Source: Candidatus Thermosaccharophagus tengchongensis
GTDB lineage: Bacteria > Armatimonadota > Fervidibacteria > Fervidibacterales > Thermosaccharophagaceae
Length of the DNA: 64,000 bases
NCBI GenBank assembly: GCA_032161105.1
Contig: JAVHTD010000001.1
Direction: 5' to 3' (one strand)
This document shows, in pieces, positions 59,803-64,000 of the stretch (within the stretch, counting starts at the first letter, position 1; every line of letters starts with the position of its first letter). A program made the position numbers and the translations under genes. Below the pieces are notes generated by a model that did not search any database, was not told the origin of the DNA, and saw only the letters and a program-made list of their open reading frames with translations.

Positions 59803-60828
59803 TCAAGGCAGTATAAGCATTGCATCGCCGAAGGAGTAAAATCGGTATCGCTCGTTGATGGCGATTTGGTATGCACGCCGTGTAAGCTCAAGCCCGGCAA
59901 AGGACACAACTAAGACGAGGTTCGTTGAACGGGGCGTGTGGAAGTTCGTTATGATGGCGTCCACAACTTTGAACCTATATCCCGGAGTGATGTATAGCCT
60001 TGTCCAACCGACCAAAGGCTTTATGCGACCGCTATCATCACTGGCTGTTTCAAGCGTCCTAACTGTGGTTGTTCCGACAGCGATGATCCTGCAACCCCTT
60101 TCCTTTGCTTCGTTTATCACTCTTGCAGCATCTTCGCTGACTTCGCAATACTCCTCTCCCATCTCGTGTTGTTCAACCTCTTGCGAGGTGATCGGTTTGA
60201 AGGTTGCCCAACTCACATGGAGTGTCACTGCCGTCATCCTTACCCCGGCATCATGCAGGGCTTTAATCAGGCGTTCAGTGAAATGCAATCCGGCTGTGGG
60301 AGCTGCAACTGCGCCCGGCTTGCGGGCATAAATTGTCTGGTAGTCCTCTTCGTTGACCTCGCTCTTGATGTATGGCGGTGTGGGAACTTTTCCGCGCTCA
60401 TTGAGTGCATTCCAGAACTCCACGCCGGTTAAGTTGAATTGGAGCACCCTTGCGCCAGTCGGCTTGATATCAATAACCCTCGCCACAAACCCATCACCAA
60501 ACTCCAACTCAGTTTGCAACCTCACTTTCCTCGCTGGGCGCACGAAAGCTTCCCAAATGCCATCGTTGATTTCACGAAGGAGCAGCACTTCAACCCTTCC
60601 ACCAGTTGGCAGCCTCCGTCCATATAGGCGCGCCTTTATCACCTTTGTGTCATTGACTACGACGACATCGCCCTCATTGAGCAGCTCAACGAGTTCATAA
60701 AATCTTCGGTGCTCAATTTTGCCGCTGCCCTTATGGATCACCATCAACCTTGCGCAATCTCTCGGTTCAACAGGCGCTTGCGCTATGAGCTCTTCAGGGA
60801 GGTCAAACTCAAGAAGTTCTGTTCTCAT
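59803..60828 (-). CDS. queA: S-adenosylmethionine:tRNA ribosyltransferase-isomerase
   Basis: LPEELIAQ.P, NDTKVIKARL, PPYI, YQTIYA, AAPTAGLHFT, VGTT, TNFH, YRFYSFGDAM. Confidence 0.97.
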   Translation of the reverse strand: MRTELLEFDLPEELIAQAPVEPRDCARLMVIHKGSGKIEHRRFYELVELLNEGDVVVVNDTKVIKARLYGRRLPTGGRVEVLLLREINDGIWEAFVRPARKVRLQTELEFGDGFVARVIDIKPTGARVLQFNLTGVEFWNALNERGKVPTPPYIKSEVNEEDYQTIYARKPGAVAAPTAGLHFTERLIKALHDAGVRMTAVTLHVSWATFKPITSQEVEQHEMGEEYCEVSEDAARVINEAKERGCRIIAVGTTTVRTLETASDDSGRIKPLVGWTRLYITPGYRFKVVDAIITNFHTPRSTNLVLVVSFAGLELTRRAYQIAINERYRFYSFGDAMLILP

Positions 60829-61047
60829 GGCACTGTGCCCTTGTCATTGATTGCTTGATGCGAAAGTGCCGCACGCCGATGCGCAGCCGCATCTTCGCCC
60901 ATTCATAGTGGCAAGTGGAGCGCACCGCTACTTACCCAGTTGACTTATAAACTCGCCTTCATTTCGCCACCTTATAAAGTATGGTGCGACATGCCAAAGA
61001 TGTGAGTTGATGACCCTGCAGCAATGCTGGCTGCTTATCAGCGTCGT

Positions 61048-61075
61048 TTCAAACCCCCGATGGCTTCAGTATAAT
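61048..61075 (+). promoter_or_regulatory. Candidate sigma70 promoter of the atp operon
   Basis: TTCAAA-N16-TATAAT in the queA/atp divergent spacer. Confidence 0.4.
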
Positions 61076-61194
61076 GTTTTGGGGTTGCAGCCGCGAGCTT
61101 GTTGCCTCAGCTGCTGTTTGGTAGCCATCAACATGCAATCCCGATCGCATGGTTTTTGGTGTCATGTGGGGTTCGCAAAGTGGTGGCAGTCACT

Positions 61195-61437
61195 ATGAAT
61201 TTTCCGGATGACGACAAGCAACGGAGCGAGAGGGAAAAGAGACAGCGCGATGCAATCATAGTTGGCGGTGCTGGGAGCATGTTTGTTGGTGCCGTCGTTT
61301 TTGGCTGGTTGGTCGGCAACTGGATTGATAGCAAGTTCAACCTCAATGGCATAGGTGTTGCAATTGGCATACTTGTGGGGTTTGCTGCTGGTGCGTATGA
61401 AGTGTTGCGGACTCTATCAAAGCTTGGGCGTGATTGA
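61195..61437 (+). CDS. AtpZ/AtpI-family protein (ATP synthase gene 1)
   Basis: G.LVG.WID.KF, two TMs; first gene of the atp operon. Confidence 0.8.
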   Translation: MNFPDDDKQRSEREKRQRDAIIVGGAGSMFVGAVVFGWLVGNWIDSKFNLNGIGVAIGILVGFAAGAYEVLRTLSKLGRD

Positions 61438-61478
61438 GCCGGCATCCATCAAATGCAAATCAGGGTGAAGCCACCGTG

Positions 61479-61925
61479 ATGAATTTGCAAAGCCGTCTCA
61501 TGAGGAGTGTATGCTACACAGCCATCATCTTTGGTGCCTTGCTCTTTCTCCCGCTGTGCGAATTTCAGAACTGGTGGTTGCTGTTGAATTATTGCATCGG
61601 ACTGCTTATTGGCATGCTCTTTACCTATGTTACAGGAATGCAGGTCACCGAGTCAATCTTCAAATGCGGCTCAAAGTGGAGCGTGTGGTTCATCGCATTC
61701 CTCACAGTCGCAAAGTATGCCCTGCTCATCTTCGCACTTTACATGCTCGCAAGATACGATGTCATGAACCCGATCGGGTTGCTTATAGGACTTTCCGTAG
61801 CCCCGACGGTGCTTGTGCTCAAACTCATCGGGCAGAGCTATGTTGAGGGTGGGCGAAAGGCGGTTGCTTGCGATCATGCGGATCACAATGCAGCAGTGAA
61901 AATGGGTGGTGCAGATGAGGCATGA
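61479..61925 (+). CDS. atpI: ATP synthase subunit I-like membrane protein
   Basis: Four TMs, lies directly before atpB; start uncertain. Confidence 0.65.
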   Translation: MNLQSRLMRSVCYTAIIFGALLFLPLCEFQNWWLLLNYCIGLLIGMLFTYVTGMQVTESIFKCGSKWSVWFIAFLTVAKYALLIFALYMLARYDVMNPIGLLIGLSVAPTVLVLKLIGQSYVEGGRKAVACDHADHNAAVKMGGADEA

Positions 61926-62737
61926 GTGGGGTTGAACTTGCGCACGGTGCAAATCAAACTTCAATTGCGCCGCCTGAGGAAACTTGGTTTCACTTTGTCT
62001 GGTTGCTTACAAAAGACACCCGCTTTCCGATACCAGATTGGCTCTTTCTATGTTGGCTCGTCATTGGCGGGCTCGTTGTCTGGGCGTGGTGGACAAAGCG
62101 CAATTTGAAGCCGATCAGCACATCAGCCAACCAGACTGTAGCGGAGTGGTTCGTTGAAGCCATTGATGGATTGGCAGTCTCTGCCATCGGAGAGAGGGGG
62201 AGAGCGTATACGCCGCTCATTGGGACGCTCTTCATCTACATCCTTACGCTCAATTTGATTGGGTTGCTTCCCGGCTTCATGTCACCGACATCTCACCCTT
62301 ATGTGACTATTGGGCTGGCAATTGCTGCCATTGCCAGCGTCCATTTCATCGCGGTCAAGGAACTGGGCATCAAGGGTTACCTGATGCATTACATTGACAA
62401 GCCATTGCTCGGCAACCCGCTTACAGCGTGGATGGTTCCGGTGACGATTTGCATTCACATCGTCAGCGAGTTCGCAAAGGTGATATCGCTGTCAATGCGT
62501 TTGTTCGGAAACATATTTGGTGAAGATGTTGTGCTGTATCAGTTTGCACTCCTCGGCTTAGCTGCCTATGGATTCTTCAGGGGGCTAATTGGATTGCCAC
62601 CGCCGTTCCAAATGTTGTTCCCGTTCCAATTGCCCGTAGCCTTGCTTCACCTGCTCATCGGTGTAGTGCAGGCATTCGTGTTCTCGCTTTTGACAGCAGT
62701 CTATATTGGGATGTTCTTGCAGCATGAGGAGGATTAG
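61922..62737 (+). CDS. atpB: F0 ATP synthase subunit a
   Basis: NLIGLLPG, SLSMRLFGNI, VQAFVFSLLTAVY. Confidence 0.96.
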   Translation: MSGVELAHGANQTSIAPPEETWFHFVWLLTKDTRFPIPDWLFLCWLVIGGLVVWAWWTKRNLKPISTSANQTVAEWFVEAIDGLAVSAIGERGRAYTPLIGTLFIYILTLNLIGLLPGFMSPTSHPYVTIGLAIAAIASVHFIAVKELGIKGYLMHYIDKPLLGNPLTAWMVPVTICIHIVSEFAKVISLSMRLFGNIFGEDVVLYQFALLGLAAYGFFRGLIGLPPPFQMLFPFQLPVALLHLLIGVVQAFVFSLLTAVYIGMFLQHEED

Positions 62738-62760
62738 AAGATGCTTGGCGGAGGTGAGGA

Positions 62761-63018
62761 TTGATGGAGGGCAATGCGGCGTTGTATATGAGCATATTCG
62801 GGGCTGCTGTGGCTATAGGCTTGCCATTGGCTGTGGTGTTTGCGGCGCATGCGCAGGCTCGAGCATCCATTGCAGCATCGGAGGCTGTCGCGAGGCAACC
62901 GGAAGCTGCAGGGCATGTCTGGCGTTTCCTAATACTCACGCTTGTGCTGATTGAGTCTCTCGTCATTTACGCGCTTGTTGCCTTCTTCATCCTTCAAGCG
63001 AAGATCAGGTTGCCGTAA
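62761..63018 (+). CDS. atpE: F0 ATP synthase subunit c
   Basis: ARQPEA loop; conserved carboxylate in IESLVIY. Confidence 0.95.
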   Translation: MMEGNAALYMSIFGAAVAIGLPLAVVFAAHAQARASIAASEAVARQPEAAGHVWRFLILTLVLIESLVIYALVAFFILQAKIRLP

Positions 63019-63125
63019 GCCTTTGGTGCAGGGTCGCACGGGACGGCTTGCGGCAGCATCAACTGCAATTACGGGTTAGCCGTTGGCGATGCGGCTCATC
63101 AATCTCAAACTCGTCTGTGAGGTGT

Positions 63126-63686
63126 ATGGGTGTGGAGCAGTTTAATCCGCTCAATGTGCTCAGCGAGATGCATCTCAATTGGGGCTACATACTGACTCAG
63201 GTTGGCAGCTTCCTGATATTGCTCTTCCTGATGACGAAGTTCCTGTTCAAGCCGATACAGAGCTTGCTTGACGAGCGCCGTGAGCGAATAAGGAGGGAAA
63301 TAGAGGGAGCTGAGAGGGAGCGCCGAGAGGTTGAGCGGTTGCGGAGCGAGTATGAGCAGCACTTGGCTCACATTGAGGATGAGGCGAGAAGGCGCGTCCA
63401 AGAGGCAATGCAAGAGGCGTATGCGGCAAGGGATGAGTTGCTTGCGCAAGCGCGAACCGATGCCCAAAAGATGCTTGAACGGGTGCGCCGCGAGCTTGAA
63501 TATGAGCGAGAGAAGATGCTGATTGAGTTGCGTGATTTCATCGCCGACATATCCGTTGCTGTAGCCAGCAAGGTGCTTAAAGGCATCTTGGACATTGATG
63601 CACATCGCCAACTTATAGCTCAAATCCTTGAGGAAGAGTTGCCGAAGGGGGATACATCAGGTAATGGCAATAGGGGGCATAGCTAA
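63126..63686 (+). CDS. atpF: F0 ATP synthase subunit b
   Basis: N-terminal TM (FLILLFLMTKFLFKPI), LDERRERI, long charged coiled coil. Confidence 0.93.
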   Translation: MGVEQFNPLNVLSEMHLNWGYILTQVGSFLILLFLMTKFLFKPIQSLLDERRERIRREIEGAERERREVERLRSEYEQHLAHIEDEARRRVQEAMQEAYAARDELLAQARTDAQKMLERVRRELEYEREKMLIELRDFIADISVAVASKVLKGILDIDAHRQLIAQILEEELPKGDTSGNGNRGHS

Positions 63687-64000
63687 GCGGTATGCGAAGG
63701 CATTGTTTGAGGTGGCAAAGGAGCATGGCATAGTGGAGGAAGTAGAGCATGACCTCTATTCCGTCTGGGCATTGCTTCAGAGCGAAAAGGATTTGCTCAA
63801 ACTGCTCTCACACCCAATGATACCGATGAGCGTGAAGGTTAAGCTGCTGCATCGTTATCTTGAGGGGGGCATTGGCGAACTCGTCATGAACTTCACTGAG
63901 CTTTTGCTGCGCAGGGGAAGGATTGGTCAGATTGGACAGATTGTCCCCATATTCAGGGAGCTCGCCGATGAGTGGAGGGGCGTGCTCCATGTTGAGGTGA
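63664..64000 (+). CDS. atpH: F1 ATP synthase subunit delta (partial, runs off the window)
   Basis: Own translation from ATG at 63664: MAIGGIAKRYAKALFEVAKE...LSHPMIP...NFTELLLRRGR. Confidence 0.92.
   Translation, partial: MAIGGIAKRYAKALFEVAKEHGIVEEVEHDLYSVWALLQSEKDLLKLLSHPMIPMSVKVKLLHRYLEGGIGELVMNFTELLLRRGRIGQIGQIVPIFRELADEWRGVLHVEV

Noticed and set aside
1..64000. Genome-wide UGA reassignment (code 4 or 25)
   Set aside because: TGA terminates many full-length genes here (dnaJ, archease, trpA, deoC, trpS, scpA, scpB), and Trp or Gly would not fit metal-ligand positions.

Overview
A gene-dense bacterial chromosomal window of roughly 54% GC, judged by eye. It uses standard code 11, and TGA ends many ordinary genes. 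The gene content suggests a diderm organism, possibly thermophilic and Armatimonadota-like; this is inference only. In order it contains: dnaJ, gyrA and archease; a ~12 kb cluster of lipoproteins and surface proteins with a large beta-barrel and an LptC/LptA-like protein; carbohydrate and hydrolase genes; a MEMO1/AmrB gene; glycerate kinase, trpA and deoC; a sensor kinase; a ~16 kb group 4 (Hyc/Hyf-like) membrane-bound [NiFe]-hydrogenase operon; iolB, pfkA, trpS-scpA-scpB and queA; and the start of the F0F1 ATP synthase operon. The main finding is in the hydrogenase large subunit, which the ORF track splits in two. It is one continuous reading frame (42694-44421, 575 codons). Both cysteines of the N-terminal Ni-binding motif RxCGxC are encoded by in-frame TGA (R-I-TGA-G-I-TGA-G-F-I-H-S), and a bacterial SECIS-like hairpin follows immediately. 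The C-terminal DPCFSC motif keeps normal cysteines. This suggests a hydrogenase with two selenocysteines (UxxU) in the N-terminal motif, unlike classical [NiFeSe] enzymes, which carry one Sec in the C-terminal motif. The same operon has an unusual electron-input module: an FdhF-like protein lacking its catalytic Cys/Sec, plus AsrA/AsrB (HydB/HydG)-like Fe-S and NAD(P)H flavoprotein subunits. It also has a candidate sigma54 promoter and an inserted heptad-repeat gene.
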